From Okamejei kenojei (Eukaryota): a DNA stretch of 64,000 nucleotides. The position numbers were made by a program, and so were the translations under genes. Below, piece by piece: positions 26,601 through 38,829 of this stretch. The stretch spans positions 20,336,001-20,400,000 of the forward strand of contig CM069147.1 in NCBI GenBank assembly GCA_035221665.1, in the 5' to 3' direction. Each line of letters opens with the position of its first letter. Within the stretch, counting starts at the first letter, position 1. The notes beneath the pieces were generated by a model that was not told the origin of the DNA, made no database searches, and worked only from the letters and a program-made list of their open reading frames with translations.

Positions 26601-29600
26601 CCATGTACAAAACCATGCTGACTGTCCTTAATCAGCCCATGCCCATCCAAATGCCTGTATATCCTATCCCTCAGAATACTTTCCAGTAACTTACCAACTA
26701 CAGATATTAAGCTCACCAGCCTATAGTTCCCAGCATTTTCCCTGCAGTCCTCTTGAAAAGAGGCACAACATTGTGCATACCTTTTGATTTTAAAGCAAAA
26801 CTGATCTGGGTAAAACTGACAAGGCCAGCACATCCAGTATTCCCAATTCATGCTTGTCCTTCACAATGTGGCAGTGAGCAGCCTTTGTGAATCACTGCAG
26901 TCCTCTCAGTGAAGATAATTCCACAGTGTTATTGAGTAATGAGTTCCAGGATCAAATCCAAGCGACGATACGGACGATTTATTTACAAGTCATTACGGTG
27001 TGTGACTCGGAAGGGAATCTGCAGGAGATGGCGCGTTCCTATGCACCTGTTGCCCTTGATCATCATTTTCAAAAACTCTATTGATCTCAGCTCTGAAATA
27101 CAAGATTATGGATCTGCGATGTTCCGAGGTACGGAATTACAAAGATTCGCGCATCTCTGGGAAGTGAAATTTCGCCTTAATATAAACGTTAAAAGCCGAC
27201 TTCCTGTCTTAAAGAAAATATGTCTTGTTCGGAGCATTCTCCTTCCCCATTCGTCATATTATGTCCCTTTGTAGTCGAGAGTTGAATGTTTACTTGCAAC
27301 ACCACTGTCAAGTGCCTGAAAGTTTGCTGTTTCACACGCACGATATATATTAAACGTATAAAATAATCTCACGCAGTTCTAATTGAGAAAGTATAGCGCT
27401 AAATTATGCATTAGGCTGCTTGCACATCGATATTCTCTCGTTTCCCTGATCGCTGACCAGTCTGAAGAAGGGTGTCGACCCGAAACGTCGCCTATCTCCT
27501 TCGCTCCTTCGATGCTGCTGCACCCGCTGAGTTTTCTCCAGCTTTTTGTGTAACCCTCGATTCTCCAGCATCTGCAGTTTCTTCGTTAACACTTTGTCTA
27601 TTCTACTGTGAATATATAGGTTAACGTTTACTACTCCACGTACAGTATTCGGCCTGATGTCATTTCTAAATCGGATCGGAGGTCTCCCTCTGTTCCCAGC
27701 TCTGTTTGCCTGTCTTACCTGGCTTGACGGTGTAGTCGACTCTGGCCGCGACCGTAAGGGAGACATGTGACACTAGGCAGGTGTAAATATCAACGCGCCA
27801 GGTAGGCTTCGTTACTTCGAGAAAACTGGAAGCCACATACAACCCCTCCACGCTACTGGTGTTCACAGGTTCTTCCCCGGTGAAAATTGTTACACCATTT
27901 CTTTGCCAGGATATTTTCACTTCTTTCGGAAAAAAGGCAGCCGTTTGACACACAAGTTTTGGCGGCGAACTGCCATTAACTTGGCTAATGCTCAATGGAG
28001 TTGGCGGAGCTGTAACAGAAGAAACAAAAAGTTATGTTGTATGTCTTCTTTCCATGTCAATGAATACTTTGTCGTACCGCTTGTGAAGACATCGCAGTAT
28101 CAGACTGGATAGGCTCGGCTTGTACTCGCTAGAATTTAGAAGATTGAGGGGGGATCTTATAGAAACTTACAAAATTCTTAAGGGGCTGGACAGGCTAGAT
28201 GCAGGAAGATTGTTCCCGATGTTGGGGAGGTCCAGAACAAGGGGTCACAGTTTAAGGATAAGGGGGAAGTCTTTTAGGACGGAGATGAGAAAACCATTTT
28301 TCACACATGGTGAATCTGTGGAATTATCTGCCACAGAAGGTAGTTGAGGCCAGTTCATTTGCTATATCTAAGAGGGAGTTAGATGTGGCCCTTGTGGCTA
28401 AAGGGATCTAGGGGTACGGAGAGAAGGCAGGTACAGGATACTGAGTTGGATGATCAGCCATGATCATATTGAATGGTGGTGCAGGCTCGAAGGGCCGAAT
28501 GGCCTACTCCTGCACCTATTTTCTATGTTTCTAAGTCCACATGGGTTATCGGTACGTTCACTTTTAAACTAATGGAGTTTATAGTTCGTCTTACCATGGA
28601 CAGTAAAATACATTCAAGGAATACATAGGAATGTGATGTTCGATATAAGTAATATGCGGATAATGTCCCATTGTTCTGAATGGAAGAGCCAGATTTAGCG
28701 CGCCGTAGAAGCTAGCAGCAATGTTTAGTAATTACATCAGCAATGACTGTGTTTAACATACTTGTTTCAAAGAATGATACAGGCCCGGTGTCGCCTTCAC
28801 GCTGACTATTAAACTCCTATTAATTAATCCAATTTTCCCGTCGCACCCATATCAACTGTCCTCATTCTTCACCGCCACAATCAATTATCAAGGGATAATT
28901 TACAGCTGGTTACCCTACCAACCAGCGAAAAGTTGGCAATGGATACGTTAGCGTAGCAACGGGGAAAAAAACAGGAATTTGCGAGATTATTAAACTGCAC
29001 ACAGACTAACGAATCCAGCCCTGTATATATTCACATCTCGCCAATGCATATGGTCTAGGGGCAGGGTTTGGCTTCATCTATCGATCTGAGGTTTGTCCCC
29101 ATAATAGTTCAGAGACTGGGATTGAGAGTTTAGATGAAGTAACTTTCACAAGGAAAACCTTTTTCCAGGCCGCGATATACGGTATGATTGTATATGGTAT
29201 GATTGAGTTATACTGACAATTGGTTGATAATAACAAATAAAGGTGATAGAACGTGCAAGCGACTTCCAATGTCACAACACATTTCATCTATATCTACTGC
29301 CTTTTCTAAATTTGCTCGATATATTGAACACATTCCATCTAAGTAAGATTCTATTGAACCGAACTCCATGTTTGTCATTTACGAGCACTGATATTTCTCA
29401 GTTAAATCTACAGTCAGTGTTTAGCTGGAAGGACAGCCTCTTGCTAAGGTGTATTGGGAGTTTAGTACAAACAATCTGTTGAACATCTAACTTTTAAATC
29501 TTCTTACATTCCGTTTTTGTACTAACAAGTTATTGAATACGGATCATTATTGTCTTCGGAAGAGAGTTTTGTGTTTATTCTCAACCTCAGCGAGTGCACT

Positions 29601-31186
29601 ACCAGCTAAAACTCAGAGTTTCTCCATGGCACAAAAACAGATTATTTTATGTGGAATAAATATTTGTTGCGAAGTTCAGTGACAGCGTCGTTTTACTCGC
29701 AAGCATTTCAATCGAGGGTCGTGTAAATGGAAACCACGAGTTGCAAGGACAGGAGCACGGGTGGTTCCTCAAAAGACCACATTCTGTTCGTGCTTTACAG
29801 ATATTTGGCGGTGAAATAAAAATGGTCGAATACACACAAATACACAATGAAGAATTGGGTGACGTTTAGGGTCGAGACACTTCTTCAGTCTGAATCGTCA
29901 CTCTTTCCTACTCTCCAGAGATGCTGCCTGTCCCGCCGAATAACTCCAGCATTTTTTGTCTATCCAAATCATGAGAGCTCCCTTTATTCACCTGTTTCCT
30001 GACTTTAAGGATAAAACTAATAGATTTCGGAAAATTCGTTATAACAAATACTGGGTAGACAATTTGTAGCGGTTGCGTCAAAAATGATAAGAGTGTGTGT
30101 GGACTGTGGGTGGACACTCTTGTGTTGAGGTTGTCGTCACGGTTGGCCTGGAATGGTGACTTTTCATTATACTTAAAAGAGCCGACCCAGACTCAATGTG
30201 TTAAAATTACTCCCGTGAGGAAAAAGCCGCCATACTTCCCACAGTCCAGATTAAATATCCAAGTTGCTTGAACATCTTCCCTGAAAAACAATGCAGTCAC
30301 TGAACACCATGGGAATGACGAAGAGTGAATCTGAATCGTGGGCGATCGCAGCGCGACTCCACAGAAGGACAAAGGAAAAGGCCCTCTGGGAGCACGAAAC
30401 GAGAACAACCCTCCCTCGCCACACACATGCTGCCCGATCAGCTAATTATTTCCAGACATTTCAATTTTCAAGTCGGCGGAGTGGTTTGATTTCATAACAA
30501 AAAATCCATTATTAGTAATCATCCAGTTTTAACCCAGTGATAAAATGTAATGTTATTCACATTAGAGAGCTTAATTTATACTACAGAGAGCTTAAGTTCT
30601 CTCCGTCATGGGATACTTACCAATTACAGTGAGCCTGGAGCCAGGTCCATCTCCGATAGATTGCTGCTGATGTTTCACTTTACAATAATAAACCCCGGTG
30701 TCCGCTACATTTGCATTCAGGAGAACAAAATCTGCACTGCCCTTTTTGGTATAAATTATTTTTCTGCTGTCTGGTTCTATAAATGTCTTCTCTCCCCATC
30801 TCCACCAGTAAACATCAGGAGTAACTTGTTGTATTGAGAACGTGCAGAACATGGATGCATTGCCTCCTCTGTGGACGGTCAGGTCTTTCGGGAATTGGTC
30901 CACTTTGGTCGAAGTCACTTCGTTGGCTGCCAGAAATCAAGGAAAAATACTGAAAACAGTTTCACAAACTGGACAAGGAAAATTAATCAAGAGTTGAAAA
31001 TTACAAAAGTAAATTAGAATTAGCGACAAGCGAGCTGGAGAAGCACTGTAACTAAATTCGCAGTGGGTAATTAATGGAGTATTCTAAAACAGAATTAAAT
31101 ATGATGGTCGGGCACATATATCTAAAAGTACCTTGCCAAACTGTCACCAGAAGGGTCATGTACCGAAATGATGCTTTCACTGTCAT
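23608..31186 (-). CDS. Gene B: VJ-C1-TM Ig-superfamily receptor, activating type, 287 aa (chimeric). Exons 31132-31186, 30621-30926, 27719-28009, 24697-24801, 23695-23791, 23608-23617
   Basis: All introns GT-AG; phases 1,1,1,1,2; 864 nt in frame from MTVKASFRYMTLLVTVWQA to ...KHVMGNRSC*. Confidence 0.85.
23695..23791 (-). CDS. Gene B cytoplasmic exon (GSVVKVDRLVETSEQTMSREEHGKTSKHVMGN)
   Basis: Acceptor tctccccgtctAG and donor GTaag; 97 nt, phase 1 to 2; open frame with no Tyr. Confidence 0.75.
24697..24801 (-). CDS. Gene B TM exon with Arg (GSARVVHVLRNVGGTLIILLALATLRIVFGSSSAK)
   Basis: Acceptor tttttacgtctgcAG and donor GTgaat; 105 nt, phase 1-1. Confidence 0.85.
25210..26772 (-). mobile_element. 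CR1 LINE truncated by the duplication junction, with a nested Penelope-type short repeat (~25690-25815)
   Basis: GNYRLVSLISVVGKLLESILRDRIY...SQHGFVHG; the longer copy at 47912-49736 continues past the breakpoint. Confidence 0.85.
27437..27598 (+). mobile_element. Penelope pLTR-type short insertion, specific to copy 2
   Basis: TSD TATTCT (27431-27436 and 27599-27604); empty site cgatattctactgtg at 3361; hammerhead core 27462-27489. Confidence 0.8.
27719..28009 (-). CDS. Gene B C1-set Ig domain exon
   Basis: LVCQTAAFFPKEVKISW...GLYVASSFLEV...YTCLVSHVSL, containing the Ig/MHC C1 signature YxCxVxH; 291 nt, phase 1-1. Confidence 0.93.
28100..28532 (+). mobile_element. CR1 LINE 3' fragment
   Basis: ORF 28120-28347 YSLEFRRLRGDLIETYKILKGLDR. 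Confidence 0.88.
30621..30926 (-). CDS. Gene B V-set exon with germline-joined J-like G strand
   Basis: KVDQFP...SMFC...VYWWR...DTGVYYC...GDGPGSRLTV; 306 nt, phase 1-1, AG/GT intact. Confidence 0.95.
31132..31186 (-). CDS. Gene B leader exon (MTVKASFRYMTLLVTVWQ)
   Basis: ATG plus 55 nt, phase 1, donor GTactt; homologous exon in gene C. Confidence 0.8.
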
Positions 31187-31212
31187 ATTTCAAGAAAGTT
31201 GTTGGCCGCTTG

Positions 31213-31311
31213 TTGCAAATGAGGGAAGTTTTCTAAAAGATTCTTGCAAGAAAGAGTTGCTGGTGAATACATATTTTCCGCTTGTGACCATGACATAGGA
31301 TGTCACATGAC
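31213..31311 (-). promoter_or_regulatory. Putative proximal promoter: ETS (ACTTCC), octamer-like ATTTGCA and E-box GTCATGTGAC
   Basis: Motifs retained in order in the diverged gene C upstream region (53501-53541). Confidence 0.45.
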
Positions 31312-31599
31312 GGTGAAGTGGGTGTCAAATTTGGTGCAATGTTGGTGGAGTGCTAGTATGAGCGAGGGTCCGCCCCCACTGCCAAGTGAACAGTTTCCAT
31401 CGGGGTACAATTCTCTCTCAGACTTCCCTGGGTCCATGTTGAAATAATTTACTGACCATTCAGAAGAGAATCGCAGATCTTCCTCCATCCTCCATCCAGA
31501 GGAAGGGAGGAAGGGGGGAGGGGGGAGGGGGAGGGGGGAGGGGGGAGGGGGGAGGGGGGGGGGCTCACTCAATATAAAAGAGCAAATTTGTGCTTGGAG

Positions 31600-33360
31600 T
31601 CGGGTTGAAGCAAGGTACTAAACGAGTACATTGCATCTGTATTGACCGAGGAGAAGAGCACGGAAGACGGTGAGTTCAGTGTTGAGAATATTAATATCCA
31701 ATTACACATTTTGGATTAAGGTACTGGGGGTTTTAAAAAAACATTAATTTGGATAAACCCACAGGGCCTAATGCGATAAATTCCAAGTGATTGAGAGAGG
31801 CAAGAGCGGAAATTGAAAGAGCCTTGACAAAGATTTTTGCATTTTATCTAGCTACATACAATGTTCTGGAGGACTGCAGAGTAGCTAATGTTGTTCCACG
31901 GTTTAAAAAGTGAAGTAGAGGGAATCTGACTAATACAGGCCTGTTGCACCTCACGTCCATAGTAAGGGGGGGGGGGGGGGGGGGGGGGGGGCTATTGGAT
32001 AGGATTCATTTGGATAGGATTTACTCCCATTTGGAAGAGAATATCAAGGGGTTTCATTTAGACCAGTCAGCATGGCTTTATACGTGACAGGTCATTTTTT
32101 ACTAACAATCCAGATTTTTTGAAGAGGGAGCAATGGTGATCCATGAAAGCAGGATAGTGGATGGCATCTATGTATATTTTAGGGATGCATTTGATGAAGG
32201 CTGATCCAAAAGATCAGAATCTTGTGTATTAACAGAGGATTAACAACGATTTGATTGTATGGATTCATAAATGGCTTACTAATAGAAGGTAGTGGTGGAA
32301 GAACGATATTCAGCCTGGAGGTCTGGATGATCTATTCTACATTTTTGTTGTAGTCCGTCCCCTTTGATATCTTGTTTTCACACCTTACCCTTACATATCT
32401 TTGTGTCTCCCTCTCCACTGACTCTCAGTCTGAAGAAGGGTCTCAACCTGAAATGTCACCCATTCCTTCCATCTAGAGTTGCTGCCTGTCCTGCTGGACT
32501 GAGCCTCACATCAGTGATACAACAGCTATTGGAGTGGATTATTCGGGAGAGGCTTTATTTGTATTTGGAAGAAAATGGGCTAATTAAAGACAGTCAGCGT
32601 GGCTTTGTACTTGGAAGGACATGTATTATGACCCTGATTGGTGTTTTTGAGCAGGAGATGAAGGTGATTGATCTGGGTGGGGCAGTGGATGCTGTCTACA
32701 TTTATTTTTAGCAAGACATTTGAAAAAATCCCTCATGGTAGGTAATCCAGAAGATGAAAGTGCTTGGAATCCAAGGTGATGTGGTTGCTTGAATTCAGAA
32801 CTGACTTTCTCAGAGAAGACTGAGTGCTGTGATTGTAGTGAGTTATTTTGGCTGGATGTCTGTGACCAATAAAGTTTCTCAGGGATCTGCACTGGGATCT
32901 CTGTCATCTGCAATATATAAAAATGATTCGCAAATAAATGGGTTGGTTAGTAGTTTTCAAATAATACCAAAATTGGGAAACTTGTGGAAAAGAGGTTGGC
33001 AGTCAAATTATATAAGAGGGATTATAATCAGTTGCAGAAATGAACGGAGAAATGGCAGAATGAGTGTGCAAGTGTGGTGCACTTTGGGAGGTCAAATGTA
33101 AGGGGAAAGTATACACTCAATGGAAAGTGCCTCAGCAGCATCGATATACAGAGGGCTCTCGGGCTCCTAGTCCATAGCTCCCTGATAAAGGTAATACAAG
33201 TAGATAAAGTAATAAATAAAGCATCTGATATGATTGCTTGCATCAATCAGAGCATTGAATAGAAAAGTCAGGAAATCGCGTTTAATTCAACTTGGCATCA
33301 TGTTCGGCATGGCCATTATGGGATCAGGGCCTGTTCCTGTGCTGTACTTTTCTATGTTCT
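31600..33360 (+). mobile_element. Degenerate CR1 fragments with a nested Penelope pLTR piece (~32340-32495)
   Basis: LIKDSQRGFVLGRTC...AVDAVYI, VSQGSALG and VHFGRSN peptides; hammerhead-like core 32430-32457. Confidence 0.75.
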
Positions 33361-33664
33361 AATGTGTTGCTATTAATTTAAATGTATTTCGTTTGCAATA
33401 AATTTGCAAAATCAAGATTTGCCGAAAAGTCTTCTCTACCAGATTAGTTGACCCAAATTAGGAAGAAATAATCCTTCAATGATGCCACTCACACTGCCAC
33501 CCAACGTGGTCTGCTCAATGATTTGGTAACTGCAGGACAGGGATAAATTGTTAGTCACTTCTAGAATTCAGGTACCTCCGGTTGCTTTGCAAATCAAAAA
33601 ATATAACGAGCTGCCAAGGGAATTGGCAGAAATGGGTATCATTATGACATTTAAATACAACCCA

Positions 33665-34015
33665 GACAGGCTATAAGGTCATAAGTGATGGGAGTAGAAT
33701 TAGACCACTCAATCTTCGCTGATCTATCTCTCCCAACTAACCCCATTCTCCTGCGTTCTCCCCATAACTGTCACCTGTACGAATCAAAAATCTATCTATC
33801 ACTGCCTTAAAAATATCCACTGGCTTGGCCTCTACAACTTTTTGTGGCAAAGAAATCCACAGATTCACCAGCCTCTGACTTAAAAAAAAAAATCCTCATC
33901 TCCTTCCTAAACGAATGTCCTTTAATTCTGAGTCGGTGACCTCTAGTCCCAGACTCTCCCACTAGTGGAAATGTCCTCTCCACATCCACGCTATCCAAGA
34001 CTTTCACTGTTCTGT
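33665..34015 (-). mobile_element. CR1 3' fragment
   Basis: LDSVDVERTFPLVGESGTRGHRLRIKG. Confidence 0.8.
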
Positions 34016-34539
34016 ACATTCCATTAACTGTGGTCATCAATCTGCCATTCTTTGCAATAGTTTTTCCACTTACTTTGTGATTCTTAATATCATCAAAACC
34101 AGAATCAAATATTTGGTTGTATTTACTTAATAAGAGGAGATGGATAATGAAACATGGATGATTTGCCAGTCTCACTTGCCAGCACCTGTTTCATGTCCCA
34201 AAAAAATATTTCCTCTCACTGCACCTGCCTGTCCTTTAACTGTCTCAATTATTTCTGCCTCAGCAGCTTCCTCCCACATCTCTTACACGTATGCACCACA
34301 TTTTGTGTGGTCCTCAGGTTCCATTAAATCTTTTCCATCTCTATAATACTAAAACTCTTCCTATTGTTTGTGTTTGTGCTGGCGAGGTGCCCATGATGTT
34401 TCAATCTGCTTTTCCTATCTTCTTCCAAACGCTAGGCCACAGCCTTCCCATTTTCGCATATCCTACTCACATTTTTCCCGTCAAGGGGATAATCACCTTC
34501 CTGTCGCATTCCCGCCTATATTTCCAAAGTTATTCATCC

Positions 34540-35665
34540 TTTAAATTTTAAAAACAGCCCCAAAATCTCACCCATTTCAGAAAAAAGAACCCGAGTGACG
34601 TCACAATGCACTCGGAAGGCAGGGCGGGACACTCCAGGAGGGAAGGGCACTCCAGCGCTCGCGGTGAATGAGGAGTGGCAGTGGCTGCAGGCGCCCAATG
34701 TCCAAACCTGGTGGGGAGGGTGGTGCTGGGGCTGGAGTGAGAGCAAAGCCTGGGGCTTTGGATGGGGCCATGACAGGGTCCGAGAAAGAAGCTGCCGCTG
34801 GAACCAAGGACGAGCCTGGGTCCAGCATCAGGGACGAACCCAGAGATGAAGTCCGGGCCTGGACTGGAGCCCAGGCAGCGGCCGAGCTGACGGCTGGATT
34901 CTACAGCCAGGGCCGGGCCGAGTATGCGAACCAGGCCGGGTTCTAGGCCCTGGCGCCGCTCTACAACCTGGGTAGGTGCTGGGGCAGGGAATGGGAGTGA
35001 TGCGAGGAGGATGAGGGAAATGATGAGGAAGGAGATGTGGTGGGGAGTGCAGTGGTTGAGGGAGATGGAGTGGGGGTGTGTGCAGGAGGAAGATGGGGAA
35101 GGGTGGAGGAGAGAGATGCCCCCTCCCTATCTACCATCACTCCCACCCTCTCTACCCCCTCCCTCTCCCTCCTTCTCCCCCCTCTCCCTCTCTACCCCTC
35201 CCCCCTCCCTCTCTACCACCCCCCCCTCTCTACTCCATCCCTCTCCATCTCCCTCAACCATCCATTCCTTCCACTCTACCCCTCCCTCTACCCCTCCCTC
35301 TCTCTCTATCCCCCTCCCTCTCTGCCCCTCCTCTCTACCACCCTCCATCTCCCACTACCCTCCCTCTCTACTCCCCCTCCCATCCCCCTCTCTACCCCCT
35401 CCTTCTCCCTCTCTACCCCTCCCCCTCCCTCTCTACCACCCCTCCCTCTCTACCCCCCTTCCCTCTCTAGAGATTGAAGAGGGTGAAGAGGAGGAAGAGG
35501 GAGTGCTGGGGGATGAGGAGAAATGAGCCACACCTGCGCAGTTGGGGACTATGCGTGAGTGGTGCAATATTGCGTTGGGGGAACGGCTTGCGTTGGGGGA
35601 ACGGGTGAGTGGTGGAATCTTGCGTTGGGGGAGTAGACCCAATGGGTCTGCACTTGGTCTGGTCT
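34540..35665 (-). mobile_element. GC-rich non-autonomous repeat with C/T low-complexity core
   Basis: 5' end AGACCAAGTGCAGACCCATTGGGTCT (hairpin GACCC-ATT-GGGTC), shared with 60233. Confidence 0.55.
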
Positions 35666-36992
35666 TACATTAAAACTGTGCCCTCTAGTATTTCTGACTC
35701 CCCCGTCCTGATGAAAAGTTTGTGGCTGTTCACCTTATCTATGCTCGTTGTGATTTAATATATAGACCTCTAAATGGCCAGATAGGTCTCCAACGCTCGT
35801 GGGAAAATGATCAAGCCAATCCTCATTGCTCAAAGCCCCCAGATTCAATAAATACATTATAGCTCTAACTAACCCAATATTGAATCTTATAGAGAATTGC
35901 ATATTAATGAATTGTGCCAATTTAGAAAAGTAAAACCAGATTCATACATGTCATTGTTAAGGGGAAATCAGGCTGATTTCTCAAAACATAGCCCCACAAT
36001 GTCGCGGCCGTCATCATTAATGGCTGTGAATTAACCCTCTAATCTAATTTTGTCTAATCATCCACGTTTGTGCAGGTGACAACATTACAAACTAGAAGTC
36101 TTGGTTTCCCTGCAGAACGAATGACCAACAACAGCAATCCCAATTAAGTATATCCTTTACAAAAACAATCCCGTCCTGATGCAGAGTTTGAGGCAGAAAC
36201 GTCGACTATCTGTTTACACCCACAGAACCTGCTCGACCCGCTGAGCTCTCCAGCAGATATTTGCTTCAGATTTCAGCACCCTCGAACAAGTTCTTCCTGC
36301 CTCCTTCACCCATACGTGCTTCTTCTCCTCCCTCCCTTCCCAGTTAGCTTTTCTCTCTCAATCTCCAGCGGTTTTCTCAAGAAAAATGGGCGAGTGCCAA
36401 GAGACGCTTGTTGTCCCTATTCCTGCTATTGTCTCAATCACCAATGCAGATCAGCATCCGTATATAATGAACTATTTCCAACGTTGGGATCTCACTGCAT
36501 CAGCGAATATGCAGTTCTCAGGAAGATCTGTCAGCTATAGTGTTGAGCTTCACCCAAAAAAGTGCGATTAACCAAAAAAGTCAATCGGAAAGCCGAAAAT
36601 AAATAAAGAAAGGCAGCGCGGAGCAACCATTTCAATGCTTGCTCCGTACTTGAAAACACATACAAAAGCAGAGGATTTATTTCTGATTTCCGAACTAATG
36701 GCACTCCCATACGTAGGGATATGGAAGTTACGGAAGGGACCATAAAACCTTTGTTGAAGATGCGATCTTAACTGATGTCAACTGAACACTTCATCTGTCC
36801 ATTCATCTAAATCACAAATCACAGCGAAAAGGATTTCACCTTTCAATATGTTTCAAATGTTCTTTATTCCTATTTTCACCACTGAAACCTAACGACCTTA
36901 CTCTTGTTGAGAGACTCTGCAGTACACTCTTGCCAAGTGTTTTCTGGAAGTCGCAACAGCAAAATTCACTGAATCTCCAGAATTTTGAATTG

Positions 36993-38570
36993 TATAGTCA
37001 TAGAGTCATACAGTGTGGAAACAGGCCTTTCGGCCCAACCTGCCCACACCGACCAACATGTCCCAACCACACTTCTCCCACCTGTCTGCGCTTGACCCAT
37101 ATCTCTGCCCTATCCATGTACCTGTTTAAATGTTTCTTATTACCGACGTTGCGATCTCACTGCATCAACGAATATGCAGTACTCGGGAAGATCTGTCAGC
37201 TATTGGGATAGTACCCGCCTCAAATACTTCCTCCAGCAGCTCGTTCCATGTATGCACCCGCCTTTGTGTGAAAAGGTTACCCCTCGGGTTTCTATTAAAT
37301 CTTTCCCCCCTCACCTTAAACCTATGTCATTTGGTTCTTGATTCCCCTACTCTGGGTAACAGGCTCTGTTCGCCTATCCAATCTATTCCTCTCATGATTT
37401 TGTACAACTCTCATCCTATTGTGCAACAAGGAATAGAATCCAAGGCTGCTCAACCTCTCCCTATAGCTCTGGCACTCGTGTCCAGGCAACATCCTCGTAA
37501 ATCTTCTCTGCACCCTTTCCAGCTTGACAACATATTTCCTAAAACAGTGCCAAGAACTGAACACAATACTCTAAATACGGTCTTACCAATGTCTTATATC
37601 ACTGCAACATGACCTCACAACGTCTATACTCAATACTCTGTCTGATTAAGGCATATGTGCTAAAAAGCCTTTTTGATCCACTCTACCTACCTGTGGTGCC
37701 ACTTTCAAAGAACTATGTACCTGCACTCCTCAGAGCACCATCCTGCACTTATGTAGGTCTTGCCCATGTTAGTCTTGCTATAATGTACCACCCCGCATTT
37801 CTATTAAATTCCATCAACCATTCTTCAGCCCACTTGACTAACTGATCAAGATCCTGCTGTAGTTTTTTGATAACCATCTTCACTACCTATACAAATCCAT
37901 TTTGACTATTGCTAATCATCCCACGTCCATCTAGAGGAATTTCTATCCTATCCCTCAGAATAATCTCCAGCAATTTACCAACCACGGATGATAAGATCAT
38001 TGGCCTGTAGTTCCCAGCCTTTTCCCTGCCAGCCTTCTTGAATGAAGCACAACATTTGCCACCCTCCAGTCTTTGGACATCTCGCTTGTATTTAAAAATG
38101 ATGATTCGTAAATCTCTGCCAGGGTCCTGCAATTTCCTCTCTAGCTTCCTAGAGTCCTTGGATATATCTGTTCACGTCTGGGAAATTTGTCTACCTTCAT
38201 ACCCTTCATGATATCCAGCACCTCTTCGACCGTAATACTGACTGCTCTCAAGATACTTCCAGTGACTGTCCCAAGTTCCTCAGTTCTCCTGTCTTTCTCC
38301 ATGGCTAAAAAAAATAGGAGAAGTACTCATTGAGGACCTTGCCCATCTCACGTGGCTCTACCAGAGTTGACCCTTTGATTCCTTATGGATCCCTCACTCT
38401 CTGGTTACCCTTTTGTCCCTTGATGTACTTATAAAATCTATTGGGATTATCCTTAATGCTATCTGCCAGGGATATTTCCTGTCCCCTTTTTGCCCTTCTG
38501 ATTTCCTTTTTTAGCTTACTCCTTAGTCCCCGAAACACTTCCAGTGATAAACTTGATCCCGTCAAACCTG
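36993..38570 (-). mobile_element. Degenerate CR1 LINE
   Basis: ORF fragments 37322-37564, 37887-38132 and 38383-38565. Confidence 0.85.
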
Positions 38571-38829
38571 ACTCTTGATTCTGTCAAAAATATTATTATC
38601 TTGTCGTATCTAGGGGAAGATGTAGATTTGGCTTTTTTTTTCCATTTTGTTTCATTATCCCATCTGGAAGCGAAGCTTTGTAAACTTGTTAATTCAACCC
38701 TCTACTGTTTACAGTAATGGCAACATGTTTGATGACAATAAAGCGCTCTGGGACCTAAAGCAGTTTAAAAACACGTGTTTCCCTGTGTTTCTCTAGTTGT
38801 TTTCTTTGTTAAGCAGCTGATCTCTTCTT

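Larger units (their letters stand above)
2666..26772. repeat. Segmental tandem duplication, copy 1 (~24 kb)
   Basis: Colinear with 26770-49073; many duplicated ORFs in the track, e.g. 2899/26939, 20879/43586, 23167/45853, 24107/46777. Confidence 0.92.

Noticed and set aside
27719-30926. Germline-joined Ig light chain or TCR gene
   Set aside because: The V lacks WYQQ/FGxG-type framework; C1 splices to TM and cytoplasmic exons, lacks the IgL C-terminal Cys, and the TM lacks the TCR CART motif.
31500-31992. G-rich runs as functional G-quadruplexes
   Set aside because: Poly-G tracts are error-prone and are not conserved at the gene C promoter.
34924-35526. 200-aa Pro/Ser-rich ORF (and similar ORFs at 12346-12968 and 60410-60994)
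   Set aside because: Translation of low-complexity or GC-rich repeat interiors; open in several frames on both strands.
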